Below, one piece after another: positions 29,901 through 38,860 of a stretch of DNA of 64,000 nt; positions within the stretch are counted from its first letter, which is position 1, and every line of letters starts with the position of its first letter. The DNA is taken from the NCBI GenBank assembly GCA_963848295.1, contig CAWKDB010000010.1, positions 4,830,800 to 4,894,799 on the forward strand, given 5' to 3'. The DNA comes from an uncultured delta proteobacterium. GTDB lineage: Bacteria; Myxococcota_A; Polyangia; Haliangiales; Haliangiaceae. The position numbers were made by a program, and so were the translations under genes. Under the pieces are notes generated by a model. The model did no database searches and was not told the origin of the DNA. It saw nothing but the letters and a program-made list of their open reading frames with translations.

Positions 29901-32900
29901 CGCCGCAGCTTCGTCTGGCATGTCGAGCCAATCGATCAGCACGCCCGCGCGCCGGGCGAGCAGTTGCGCGCGGTCGGCAGGCTCGCGCGCGAGTGCCGCG
30001 CGTCGGCGCAACACGTCGGCGAGGTCGCTCCATCGCGCGTGCGCTTGGTACAGGCCGTCGAGCGCCGCCCACGCTTCGATATCGTCGGGCCACGTCGCGA
30101 CGATCGCGTTGTACGACTCGATCGCGCGATCGGGCAGCTCGAGCTCGACCTCGTGGATCCGCGCGATCGAATGCAGCGCCTCGCGCGCTTCCGGCGAGCC
30201 CTCGGCGGTCTCGACGATCCGGCCGAGGGTCTCGATGACCTTGCTCCACCGGCCGACCGCGCCGTAGCGATCGGCGAGCCGTTGCATGACCATGATGTCG
30301 CTCGGCGCGAGCACCCGCAGGCGTTCGAACGCATCGATCGCGTCGTGCTCGCGATGCAGTCGGTCGACATAGATCGCGGCGAGATCGCGCAGCAGCTGAG
30401 GACGCTCCGCTTCGGGCGCCGCGGTGCCGAGCCGAGGGTCGGTGCGCTCCTCGAGCGAGGCCGCGAGCTCGACCCAGCGGCCTTCGGCGCGATACAACTC
30501 CTCGAGCCGCGCGCGCGCGGTCGCATCGTTCGGCAGCATCCCGAGCACGCGGCGCAGCTGAGCCTCGGCGTCGCGCCAGCGCTTCTGCTCGGTGCGGATG
30601 TTCGCGACCTCCATGAGCAGATCCGCCGCGGCTTGCGCGGTCTCGGCTTGCTCGGCCATCCCTTCGTAGAGGTCGGCGAGGCGGTCGAACGCCTTGTTCT
30701 CGGACGCGATGCGTTGCAGGCGGGCGCGGACCTCGGCATCGCCGTCCGGGGTACGCCGCGCCTGGTCGAACGCGCGAGCGAGCGCATCGAACGCGCGCAC
30801 GATGTCCTTGGCGCCGGTCTCCCAGACCTCGGCTGCGCGGAACAGCCAGCGCAGCCGCGTCGCCGGATCGGGCGCGGGCAAGCCTTCGTAGGCGACCGCG
30901 AGCTCGTCCCACGGCGCATCGAACTCGCGGTTCGGCAGGCTCGGCAGCGGCGGGCGGCGCACCGGCAGCTGCGGCTTGCGCGCGGTCATGCCGGGTAAGC
31001 CGAGGCGCGGCATCGGCGGCGGCGAGCTCGGGCGATTCGCGCGCGCCGACCGCGTGATCTGCGGCGTGCGAGGCGATGGCGGTGGCGGCATCTTGCCGGC
31101 TTGCCCCGTTCCGGGCGTGCGCGGCGGCGGCACGGCCATGCGCGCGAGGTCGCTCGCCGAGAGCGTCATCGTCGAGTTCTCGGCGGCGAACGCCGGGTCG
31201 GGCCGAAGGGGCTTCGGCGGGGCCGTGAGCTCGACGTCGTCGAGATCGATCGGCTGAGTCGAGTCCCCGACCGCGAGAGTCGCTGGCGTGAGGTCGATGT
31301 CGGCGAGCGGCTCGGTCGACGCTCGGCGCGGGATGTGCGGGCGACCCGGCACCGAGCGATTCGATGCCGCCACCGCCTCCGCGATCGCGGCTTCGGATTG
31401 GATCGTCGCCGGCGCGGGCTCGGGGCGCGGAGCGCGGTCGGTCTCGCGGTACTTGCCGATCGCGCGGGCGAGTCGCCACAAGTGCGACGTCGTCTCGGTG
31501 TCGTCGGGGGCGAGCAGCAGCGCGATCAGGTGCGTGCGGAACGCGCGGGGGGCGTCCTTGAGCTGCTCCTCGATGATGCCGGCCTTGCGGCGGAGGATCT
31601 CGACGCGTTTGTCGGTCGTGGCGGCCCGTTCGACGAGCGCGCTATCGACCGCGACGAGGTCATTCCACGCCCGCGCCTTCGCGGACAGCGCGACGAGCGC
31701 TTCGCGCGTGCCTTCGCGATCCGGCGACCACGAGAACGCCGCGAGGATGTCGGCGACCGCACCTTTCGGATCGCCGACGCGTTCGTCGAGGATCCGCGAC
31801 CGGCGTAGATAGAGCTCGACGCGCTCGCCCGGGCTCGTCGCGCCGAGCGCGAGCTCGAATGCATCGAGCAGCGCCTTCCAGATCGGCCGTTGATCGAGCT
31901 CGCCCGCGAGCCGCTCGAGCTCGGCGAGCAGCGTGCCGTCGCGCGGGACGACCGCGAGCGCTTCGCCGTAGACCATGACCGCGCGCGGCTTATCGCCGAG
32001 CCGGCGTTCGGACAGCTGCGCGAGCTCTCGCGACAACGCGACGTAGCGATCGGCCTCGGCCGGCGCGCCGCCTTCGCCGAGCGCGACCAACCGCTTGCGC
32101 TCGTCGGCGAGCACTTCGGAGAGCTCGCGCCAAAGGCCGTACGACTCGGCCGCGCGCCGGACATCGGCGAGCGATTGCTCGTCGGGCGCTTCGTCGTGAG
32201 CGCGGCGCCACCAGCGGAACGCGGAGCGCGGATCGCCGAGCTTGTCGGCGATCGCGATCGCGATGCGTTGCACGAGTTGGCGGCGCTGCTCGGCGTGCTC
32301 CGGCGCATCCGAGACGTCGCGCGACGGCACGCGGGTGAGCATCCGCTCGACCATCACGACGTAGTCCTTCCACCGCCCGGTCTTCGCGAGCAAGTCGGCC
32401 GAGGCGGCGAGCGCCTCGTCTTGATCGGGATCGAGCTCGAGCACGCGGCGGAACGCCTGCAGCGCGCGCGTCGGGTTCGCGAGGCGGTCGCGACAGATGA
32501 GGCCGATCTCCAGCCCGCGGGCGACCTTGCGAATCGGCTCGGGCGACAAGTACATCTCGCGCTCGGCCACTCGCACCGCCGCGTCGTAGTCGCCGCGCGC
32601 TTCGTGCAGGCGGCGCAGCGCGGTGTGGGCGTCGAGGTGGTTCGGATCGAGCTCGCGCAGCAGGTGCTCGAACACCTTGATCGCTTCATTCGGCGCGCCG
32701 AGGCGCTCCTCGAGTAGCTCGCCGCGCTCCATCGCGATCTCGGCGGCGCGCGTGCGATCATCGGCTTGCCCGGAAGCGGCGAGCACCGCGATCTGCCGGC
32801 CGAGCACGTCGGCGAGCTCGCGCCACTTGCTCTGCGCTCGATAGAGCCGACCGAGCGCCTCGAGCGCGCCGCGACTTTTCGGGGTCAGCTCGAGCAGTCG

Positions 32901-35450
32901 ATGCCACGCCTTCGCAGCGCGCGGCGCATCGTTGAGCTTGCTATCGAGCACCGCGGCGTAGCGCTCGAGATCGACGGCGCGGACCGCGGCTTCGGGGGTC
33001 GCCGGCGCCGGCAGCGGCCGGCCACCGTCGATGCGCTCGAGCACCGACACGAGCTCGGCCCAGCGTTCGCTGCGCTCGTACAGCACGCCGAGCGCGGCGA
33101 GCGCATCGGGGTCCGACGGCGACGCGCGCAGCGTGTGCTCCCAGCGCTCGAGCGCGGTGACGTCATCGCCGCGTTCGGCCGCGAGCTTCGCGAGCCGCTT
33201 CAACAGCTTCGCGCGCTCGGCCGGGCTGGTCGATGCCGACGCGTGATACTCGAGCGTTTGCTCGAGCCGCGGGTCGCCGGCCTTCTCGAGCACGCGCTCC
33301 ATCCGCTCGAGCGCGTCGCGATCGCCGGGCAACAGCTCGAGCACCGAGCTCGACGCGTAGACGACGCCGTCGACATCGGCGAGCCGGGTCTCGTATAGCT
33401 GAGCGACGCGGCGCAGCTGGGTCAGCCGCTCGCTGCGCTTCGCGACCGGCCATTCTTTCGGCGCATCGGCAGCCTTGCCGGCGCGCGCCATGTGCTGGGT
33501 GACGCGATGGGCTTCGAGATCGAGCTGGCGGCGAATCGTCAACGCGAGCCCGGCGTCGTCGCCTTCGCGCTCGTACAGCTCGGCGAGCGACTTGAGTGTC
33601 GCGTCGTCCTCGGGATTCTCGGTGATCACCTGCTCGTACAGCTCGATCGCGCGGCGTGGCTCCATCTGGCGCTCGCGGTACGTCTGCGCCATCTTCTTGA
33701 GCGAGCTCATCCGCGTGACCGGATCGCCGGCGGTGTTGACCTCGGCTTCGAGGCTGTGGACGAGCTGCTCCCACATCTTCGAGCGCGCGGTCAGCCGGCG
33801 CAGCGCCTCGGCCACTTTCGGTGACGACGGCTCGAGCTCCGCGATCCGTTGCCACGCGTCGATCGAGCGCGGGATGTCGCCCATGCGGAGCTCGGCGAGC
33901 TGCGCGATCTCCTCGAGCCGGCGAACGAGCTCGTCGGCCGGCGCGCCCGCTTCGCGCACGTTGTCGAGCGCGAACTCCATCAAGTCGATCAGGCCGCGCC
34001 AGTCTCGGCGCTCGCGGAAGTGATCGACGTAGCGCGCGAGCGCCTCTTCGTGCGTCGGCATCACGCCGAGCGCCTGGTGCAGCAGCTCGGCGGCGCGATC
34101 GCGATCGCCCATGTGCTCGCGCGCGACGGTCGCGAGCTCGAGCAGCTCGGCGACGAGCTGCTCGGGCGGCGTGAGGGGATTTTGCCCGAGCGCGTTGAGC
34201 TCGGCTTCCATCAACCGCGACAGCTGCTCCCACTCCTGGTCGTCGCGCAGCAGCTCGCGCAGCTCGCGCGCCGGCTTGCTCCCGGGGTGCTCGTACGCGA
34301 GCAGCTCGCCGAGCACCTCGATCAGCTTCGCGCGATCGGGCAGCTGGTTGCGGTACAGCGCGGCACGGCGGCGCAGGATCTCGGCGCGCTCGCCCGGCTC
34401 GGTGACGACCGCGCTGCGATGGCGCAGCATGCGCTCGAGCTCGTCCCACTGCGAGGTCTCGGACAGCGCCTGTTCCAACGCGTTGCTCGACGGTTTCGAG
34501 TACGGATCGACCCCCACGGCGCGGCGGAGATAATTGATGCCGCTTTGATCGTTCGCGGTCGCGAGCCGGCGCTTGCCGAGCTCGACGAACAGCTCGCCGG
34601 CCTTATGGCGCCACGGACCGGCCGCTTCGGCGCCGCCGTCGCGGAAGCCCGGGCTCGCGTAGACCTCGGCGAGCGTCTCGGCGATCTCGTGCGACGTCGG
34701 ATCGAGGCGCGCCGCCTCTTCGAGGTGGTTCGCCGCCGCATCGAGATCTTTGTGGCGGAGCGCGAGCCGGCCGAGCTCGAGCCGGATCTCGGCTTTGCGC
34801 GCGACCGCCGCGGGCGAGGTGCTCGGGCCGATGACATCGAGCTCGGCCTGAAACAGCTTGCCGACCATCGCGTCGTCGCCGAGCGAGGCGTACAGGCCGC
34901 GCGCGGCGTCGAGTGAATCGGTCTTGTGCGGCTCGAGCTTCCACGCCTGCTGGAAGTGCCACAGCGCGCGATCGACGCGGCCGAGATGGTCATTCCACAG
35001 CTCGGCGGCCCGGCGATGCTGCGCGGCGCGCCGCGCGACGTGCTCTTTCTTTTTCGCATCTCGCTTCGCGAGCTCGGCGAGCTCGGTCTCGAGCACTTCG
35101 ACCGCCGCGGCCGGATCGTTCGGCTCGATGATCTCGAGCAGCCGATCGGCGGCCCGATCGTTCGTCGGATCGAGCTCGAGCGCGGTGCGCAGATACTCGA
35201 CCGCCGTCGCGGTCTCGCCGAGGACGACCATCGCTTCGCCGGCCTCGGACCACGCATCGGCGGCACGCGCCGGATCGTGCTCTTGCTGAGCCCAGGTCGC
35301 GCACAGCTCGGCGAGCAGCTCGCCGCGCCCGGCATCGCGCAGCTCCTGGCGCAGCGTCGCGAAGCTCTTCGCCTCGGGCTGCGCGCGAAACACCGAGACC
35401 CTCGTCTCGAGATCATCGATCGTCTGAGTTTGGGCAGTATCGTCCGACAT
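26991..35450 (-). CDS. Giant TPR-repeat protein (AgmK-like, 2819 aa)
   Basis: Dozens of TPR units (ALELDP, W.EL), a central Pro-rich linker, uninterrupted ORF. Confidence 0.85.
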   Translation of the reverse strand: MSDDTAQTQTIDDLETRVSVFRAQPEAKSFATLRQELRDAGRGELLAELCATWAQQEHDPARAADAWSEAGEAMVVLGETATAVEYLRTALELDPTNDRAADRLLEIIEPNDPAAAVEVLETELAELAKRDAKKKEHVARRAAQHRRAAELWNDHLGRVDRALWHFQQAWKLEPHKTDSLDAARGLYASLGDDAMVGKLFQAELDVIGPSTSPAAVARKAEIRLELGRLALRHKDLDAAANHLEEAARLDPTSHEIAETLAEVYASPGFRDGGAEAAGPWRHKAGELFVELGKRRLATANDQSGINYLRRAVGVDPYSKPSSNALEQALSETSQWDELERMLRHRSAVVTEPGERAEILRRRAALYRNQLPDRAKLIEVLGELLAYEHPGSKPARELRELLRDDQEWEQLSRLMEAELNALGQNPLTPPEQLVAELLELATVAREHMGDRDRAAELLHQALGVMPTHEEALARYVDHFRERRDWRGLIDLMEFALDNVREAGAPADELVRRLEEIAQLAELRMGDIPRSIDAWQRIAELEPSSPKVAEALRRLTARSKMWEQLVHSLEAEVNTAGDPVTRMSSLKKMAQTYRERQMEPRRAIELYEQVITENPEDDATLKSLAELYEREGDDAGLALTIRRQLDLEAHRVTQHMARAGKAADAPKEWPVAKRSERLTQLRRVAQLYETRLADVDGVVYASSSVLELLPGDRDALERMERVLEKAGDPRLEQTLEYHASASTSPAERAKLLKRLAKLAAERGDDVTALERWEHTLRASPSDPDALAALGVLYERSERWAELVSVLERIDGGRPLPAPATPEAAVRAVDLERYAAVLDSKLNDAPRAAKAWHRLLELTPKSRGALEALGRLYRAQSKWRELADVLGRQIAVLAASGQADDRTRAAEIAMERGELLEERLGAPNEAIKVFEHLLRELDPNHLDAHTALRRLHEARGDYDAAVRVAEREMYLSPEPIRKVARGLEIGLICRDRLANPTRALQAFRRVLELDPDQDEALAASADLLAKTGRWKDYVVMVERMLTRVPSRDVSDAPEHAEQRRQLVQRIAIAIADKLGDPRSAFRWWRRAHDEAPDEQSLADVRRAAESYGLWRELSEVLADERKRLVALGEGGAPAEADRYVALSRELAQLSERRLGDKPRAVMVYGEALAVVPRDGTLLAELERLAGELDQRPIWKALLDAFELALGATSPGERVELYLRRSRILDERVGDPKGAVADILAAFSWSPDREGTREALVALSAKARAWNDLVAVDSALVERAATTDKRVEILRRKAGIIEEQLKDAPRAFRTHLIALLLAPDDTETTSHLWRLARAIGKYRETDRAPRPEPAPATIQSEAAIAEAVAASNRSVPGRPHIPRRASTEPLADIDLTPATLAVGDSTQPIDLDDVELTAPPKPLRPDPAFAAENSTMTLSASDLARMAVPPPRTPGTGQAGKMPPPPSPRTPQITRSARANRPSSPPPMPRLGLPGMTARKPQLPVRRPPLPSLPNREFDAPWDELAVAYEGLPAPDPATRLRWLFRAAEVWETGAKDIVRAFDALARAFDQARRTPDGDAEVRARLQRIASENKAFDRLADLYEGMAEQAETAQAAADLLMEVANIRTEQKRWRDAEAQLRRVLGMLPNDATARARLEELYRAEGRWVELAASLEERTDPRLGTAAPEAERPQLLRDLAAIYVDRLHREHDAIDAFERLRVLAPSDIMVMQRLADRYGAVGRWSKVIETLGRIVETAEGSPEAREALHSIARIHEVELELPDRAIESYNAIVATWPDDIEAWAALDGLYQAHARWSDLADVLRRRAALAREPADRAQLLARRAGVLIDWLDMPDEAAATLRHARTIAPDDAALADALVAALSKAGRDREASAILENRIDTLSAHAEAGGGKGELAGLYIRLAQLQVDKLSDRDAARASIDHALALVPEHPTALAVLAQLASPDEDPRAFADAKLREAESAKDEDVKIAALMAAGEVLRSRVNDMAGAHAAFERVLTLRPYHADATWALAGLSEQGGDPDAATRILEKRLEAETLTPPERARVLTQLAALSRAAGIESAAERRLLEALGSVPDHLPAIVALADFYADAERWADLEAFLREVLDGTTLAAAPTALVADLHRRLATAHEKLGRDEDAYQTLVAADRMHRGHLLIKLALGENRYKARRWREAALHLSPLATHEDSVKYPTEVAQGLYHAALAEIRSLRPEKAAPLYTRALELKPNYAPALQALAEIAMEQGDHRKAADLLTRQATATEDPAERMKLFEALGDMSLLMLHDEERALTCYGAAVASAQPLEAKHVPLLEKLLERQDLAGDLAGSARTAELMAAFGATPADRAARHLRAANDYLAAGDKTRARAAADRAVDNDPYDVDAVDLASELALAQGDVDAAASMLTKLVTAKDDRFSAASAAHRALLSTRLGQARAQRGDTRQALPAFEHAIAIAPDSEGATQARRALVDLGKQATIDDPARKEAIATHLGAITAQTGALADLVAWADELRRQNKLDAARATLELAIGVGHTADVHQSAFLQVNKPYAIRDDESYPSAVDATDQLLIATADPVLAPIAQTLAEAAALLWPDLEEAFARMGCSGARLIPATTHAAAHAMFPRLTTVLGTGAVMLYQVDEGADVTVVAAATPVIVIGPRLAAETSPLPHDTIRALLARAVELTRPEHLAFAGLPATESARLVASVARLFGPPLLRDALAASIADEDIQRAHDEVVKAALPVKLRTRLEQQLLAVPPMSLDTARYAAACERTADRAALLVGGDAVTIVAAAKARGDTAEHLIHAVALPGWLALRARLGVGIR

Positions 35451-35527
35451 CCCCGGGCGGCGTCACAATACCACGGAGATCCGCGAGGTTCAGGCCTCCG
35501 TGCCGGAGGGCCTTCGGACTATTGTCC

Positions 35528-36199
35528 TCAGGCTTCGTGATCGCCGTTGTCGACGAGCGCGAACGGCCAGCCATCGATCCGAGGCGAGCCCGGGAGTGGT
35601 GTCGGCTGCGGCGGGATCGTCTGCGACCGTTGGCGCGCCGGGGCTTGCACGTTGACGCCGCAGCGCGCGAGCACGAACTCGACCGCGCGGACCCGCTCCT
35701 GCATCGATACGCTCTCGATCGGCAGGTAGCTGACCTCGTGCTGCTCGAGCATGAGCTTGACCATGCCGTCGATCCTCAATACCGAGTCCCACGACACGCC
35801 GGCGCGCACGCCGTCGTCCTTGAGCAGCGATTGGTGCGGGCGCAGGAAGAACACGACGCCTTCGCTGACCCACTTCATGTAGTCGCGAAACCGCTGGTCG
35901 TTCATCATCGCCGCGGCGTTCGTCGTGTGCTCGGCGACATACGCGAGGTTATCGAACGCGCGGTCGGACACGAACTTGCCGTCGTGCATGTGCTCGACCG
36001 CGACCTGGCGCGCGAACACGCGCTCCTGATATTCGGCCACGAGGTCCATGTCGGTGCGCAGCGCCTCGAGCGCGGTCTCCATCTCGGCGAGCACCGCGCG
36101 GGCGACCTCGCTGATCATCGGCAAACCGTAGCGACGACTGACGTACCGGCACAGGGTGGTCTTGCCGGTCGCGTGACTGCCGACGAAGTAGATCCGCAT
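35528..36199 (-). CDS. AAA_28/NadR-like P-loop ATPase/kinase
   Basis: MRIYFVGSHATGKTT Walker A; ISEVAR; VSDRAFDNLAY. Confidence 0.8.
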   Translation of the reverse strand: MRIYFVGSHATGKTTLCRYVSRRYGLPMISEVARAVLAEMETALEALRTDMDLVAEYQERVFARQVAVEHMHDGKFVSDRAFDNLAYVAEHTTNAAAMMNDQRFRDYMKWVSEGVVFFLRPHQSLLKDDGVRAGVSWDSVLRIDGMVKLMLEQHEVSYLPIESVSMQERVRAVEFVLARCGVNVQAPARQRSQTIPPQPTPLPGSPRIDGWPFALVDNGDHEA

Positions 36200-36234
36200 C
36201 GCCTCCCAGATACGGGATCGGTCTGACAACGCTG

Positions 36235-37368
36235 CTATTTCTGCGACACGCCGCCGAGGTCGATCGTCGCGCGCCAGATATCGGTCTGCTCGAGGATCGC
36301 GCGCGACCACGGGCCGTCTTCGTGCAAATTGCTCGAGTAGTAGGTGACGACGAAGTGGGTTTCGTCGATCGGCGCGACCCCTGCGTAGGACGTATCGCCG
36401 GCCGACGGAAACTCGCCGTATTCGACCCAGTCGAACGACGTCCCGTTCTCGAGGATCTCGTAGAGCGCGGTTCGTTTGCGGTCTTGGGGCTCGATGAAGT
36501 GCTTGCGCGCGATCATGAACAGGTGGCCGCGAAAGTTGAACGCGACCGGGCCATCGAGCCGCACGCCGTCGAGCTCGTTCGAGCACTCGAACTGCGAGTA
36601 CGGACGAATCGCGGTGCAGACCTTCGTGCGCAGCCGCCCGACGTTGCCGAGCAGCTCGTCGTCGGTGCCGTCCATGCGCACGAACGCGACCAGGCGATCG
36701 GGCTCGAACACGAGCTCGGTCTCGAGCGGCGTGTCGATCGAGATGTCGTAGATCGAGGCGCCCATCGTCCACGTCTGGCCGTCGGGCGAGGAGAACAACG
36801 ACACCGCTCGATCGCCGTCCTCGTACGCCGCGGCGTAGTACGTGCCATCGGAATCGGCGCGGATGCGCCAGAAGCTCCACATCGGCGGTCCGATCGGCGT
36901 CAACGCGGACCACGTCGTGCCGCCGTCGTCGGACACCGTGTTGACCGTGATCGAATCGACGTTGGAGTCGCGCGTCGACGTCACCGGTAGTCGCGTGATC
37001 GCCTTGAGCGCGAGCTGGCCGTCGATCACGTAGAAACACGGGTCGCGCAGATCGCGATCGCTCGGTGCGGGAATGATTGCGAGCAGCTGGAACGTGTCGC
37101 CGTGATCGTCCGAGCGATACACGCGTAGCGAGCTGTTCGGCCCGAGGACCTGGCTCTCGGCGGTGCGGTGCACGAGGTACGTCGCGCCTGCGAAGATCGT
37201 GAGGTCGGTGTTCTCGTCGTGGCCGCACGGACCGGTTCGGCAGTCCATGTTCGTCTCGTCGTAGCCGTCGAACAGCACCGCGGCGTGGTCGAGCCAAGGC
37301 GGTCGGGTGGAGTTGTCACCGCATGCAGCGCCGCCGATGGCCAACGCGGTGAGCAGCAGGGCACGCAT
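36235..37368 (-). CDS. Sialidase/BNR-repeat beta-propeller lipoprotein
   Basis: Lipobox GAAC; Asp-boxes SDDHGDTF, SDDGGTTW, SPDGQTW; GDTSY. Confidence 0.75.
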   Translation of the reverse strand: MRALLLTALAIGGAACGDNSTRPPWLDHAAVLFDGYDETNMDCRTGPCGHDENTDLTIFAGATYLVHRTAESQVLGPNSSLRVYRSDDHGDTFQLLAIIPAPSDRDLRDPCFYVIDGQLALKAITRLPVTSTRDSNVDSITVNTVSDDGGTTWSALTPIGPPMWSFWRIRADSDGTYYAAAYEDGDRAVSLFSSPDGQTWTMGASIYDISIDTPLETELVFEPDRLVAFVRMDGTDDELLGNVGRLRTKVCTAIRPYSQFECSNELDGVRLDGPVAFNFRGHLFMIARKHFIEPQDRKRTALYEILENGTSFDWVEYGEFPSAGDTSYAGVAPIDETHFVVTYYSSNLHEDGPWSRAILEQTDIWRATIDLGGVSQK

Positions 37369-37381
37369 CGCCAGAGCCGTA

Positions 37382-37729
37382 TCACTCGACCGGCTGCACG
37401 TACAGGCTGCGCTCGATGCGACACTCTGGACACCGAAACCGAAGCACGTACAGATCGTGATCATCGTAGCGCACGGTGTCGTCGGGCAGCGCCGTCATGT
37501 CGCGGCGACAGCTCGGGCAGCGCTGGGCGGTGCGTAACTTCGCGAGCTGAGCCTCGCGTGCGCGAATCGCGGTCGACGGCGCTTCGCCTGCGAGATGGCC
37601 CGGCAGGGCGGGGCGTTGTGCCGCTTCGAGCGCCTCGCGCCTCGGCAGCAAGGAGAACCTCCGGTCGACGAACAGCCCGATGACGATGGTGACGCCGACG
37701 ATCGCGAGCGTGCCGAGCACGACCATCAT
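37382..37729 (-). CDS. Small membrane-anchored Zn-ribbon protein
   Basis: N-terminal TM; CPSC...CPEC; overlaps the upstream stop. Confidence 0.65.
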   Translation of the reverse strand: MMVVLGTLAIVGVTIVIGLFVDRRFSLLPRREALEAAQRPALPGHLAGEAPSTAIRAREAQLAKLRTAQRCPSCRRDMTALPDDTVRYDDHDLYVLRFRCPECRIERSLYVQPVE

Positions 37730-38808
37730 CCGGGCATCACCAGATCGCGAGTGATAGCGGCGATCGTCGGACAACCGCAGAGCGCCATCGCCGCGTCGAG
37801 CTCCCGGCGCAGGATGCGGAGTGCGGTCGCGACGCCTTCGCGGCCGGCGGCCGCGAGCCCCCACAACACGGGGCGGCCGACGAGGACGGCGCGTGCCCCG
37901 AGCGCGAGCGCCTTGACGATGTCGGAGCCGCGCCGAATGCCGCCGTCGATAAAGATCTCGCCGCGGCCGGCGAGCGCATCTGCGATCGGCGCGAGCACAT
38001 CGATCGTCGCGGGCGACGCATCGAGCTGTCGGCCACCGTGATTCGACACGACGATTCCCGCCGCGCCGGCCGCGATCGCGCGCCGCGCATCGTCGGCGCG
38101 CACGATGCCCTTGACGATCACCGGCAGCTTCGTGATCGAGCGCAGCCACGTGATCGCATCCCAGGTGAGCGCCGGGTCGAGTTGCTGCGCGACGTACGCG
38201 GCGAGCCCGGACTCGTCCGCGACGTCGGGCAGGTGGCCATAGCCCGATGCGAACAGGTTCTCGATCCGCAGCCCAGCCGGCAGGGTGAACCGGTTGCGAA
38301 CATCGCGCTCGCGCCGTCCGAGCACGGGCGCGTCGACGGTGAGCACGAGCGCGCGGCAGCCCGCCGCCTCGACGCGATCGACGAGCGCTTCGGTCGCGCC
38401 GCGGTCGCGATAAACATAGAGCTGGAACCACACCGGGCCGGTCGCTGCGGCGACGACTTGTTCGACCGCGGTATTCGACAGCGTGCTGAGCACGAAGATC
38501 GTTCCCGCGTCGCCCGCGCCACGCACGGTCGCGAGCTCGCCGTCGGGATGAGCGAGGCGATGGAACGCGGTCGGCGCGACGAGGATCGGCAGAGCGATCG
38601 GCTCGCCGAGCGCGGTGGTCGCGAGCTCGCGCCGCGCCACGTCGACGAGCACCCGGTAGTGCAGCAGGATCGGCTCGAACGCCCTGATGTTGCGGCGGAC
38701 GCAGTGCTCGTCGTCGGCACCGCTCGAGTAGTAGTCCCACGCGAGTTGCGACAAGCGGGCGCGCGCTAGCGCCTCGAGCTCGTGCAAGTTCAGGACGTCC
38801 ACGACCAA
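37726..38808 (-). CDS. FMN-dependent alpha-hydroxy acid oxidase/dehydrogenase
   Basis: WFQLY, LTVD, KG, SNHGGRQLD, DGGIRRGSD, GRP. Confidence 0.93.
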   Translation of the reverse strand: MVVDVLNLHELEALARARLSQLAWDYYSSGADDEHCVRRNIRAFEPILLHYRVLVDVARRELATTALGEPIALPILVAPTAFHRLAHPDGELATVRGAGDAGTIFVLSTLSNTAVEQVVAAATGPVWFQLYVYRDRGATEALVDRVEAAGCRALVLTVDAPVLGRRERDVRNRFTLPAGLRIENLFASGYGHLPDVADESGLAAYVAQQLDPALTWDAITWLRSITKLPVIVKGIVRADDARRAIAAGAAGIVVSNHGGRQLDASPATIDVLAPIADALAGRGEIFIDGGIRRGSDIVKALALGARAVLVGRPVLWGLAAAGREGVATALRILRRELDAAMALCGCPTIAAITRDLVMPG

Positions 38809-38860
38809 GAACTACCACGCTACCGCCGCGGCGAACGTCCGGAGGTGGTGACGCGGGCCG

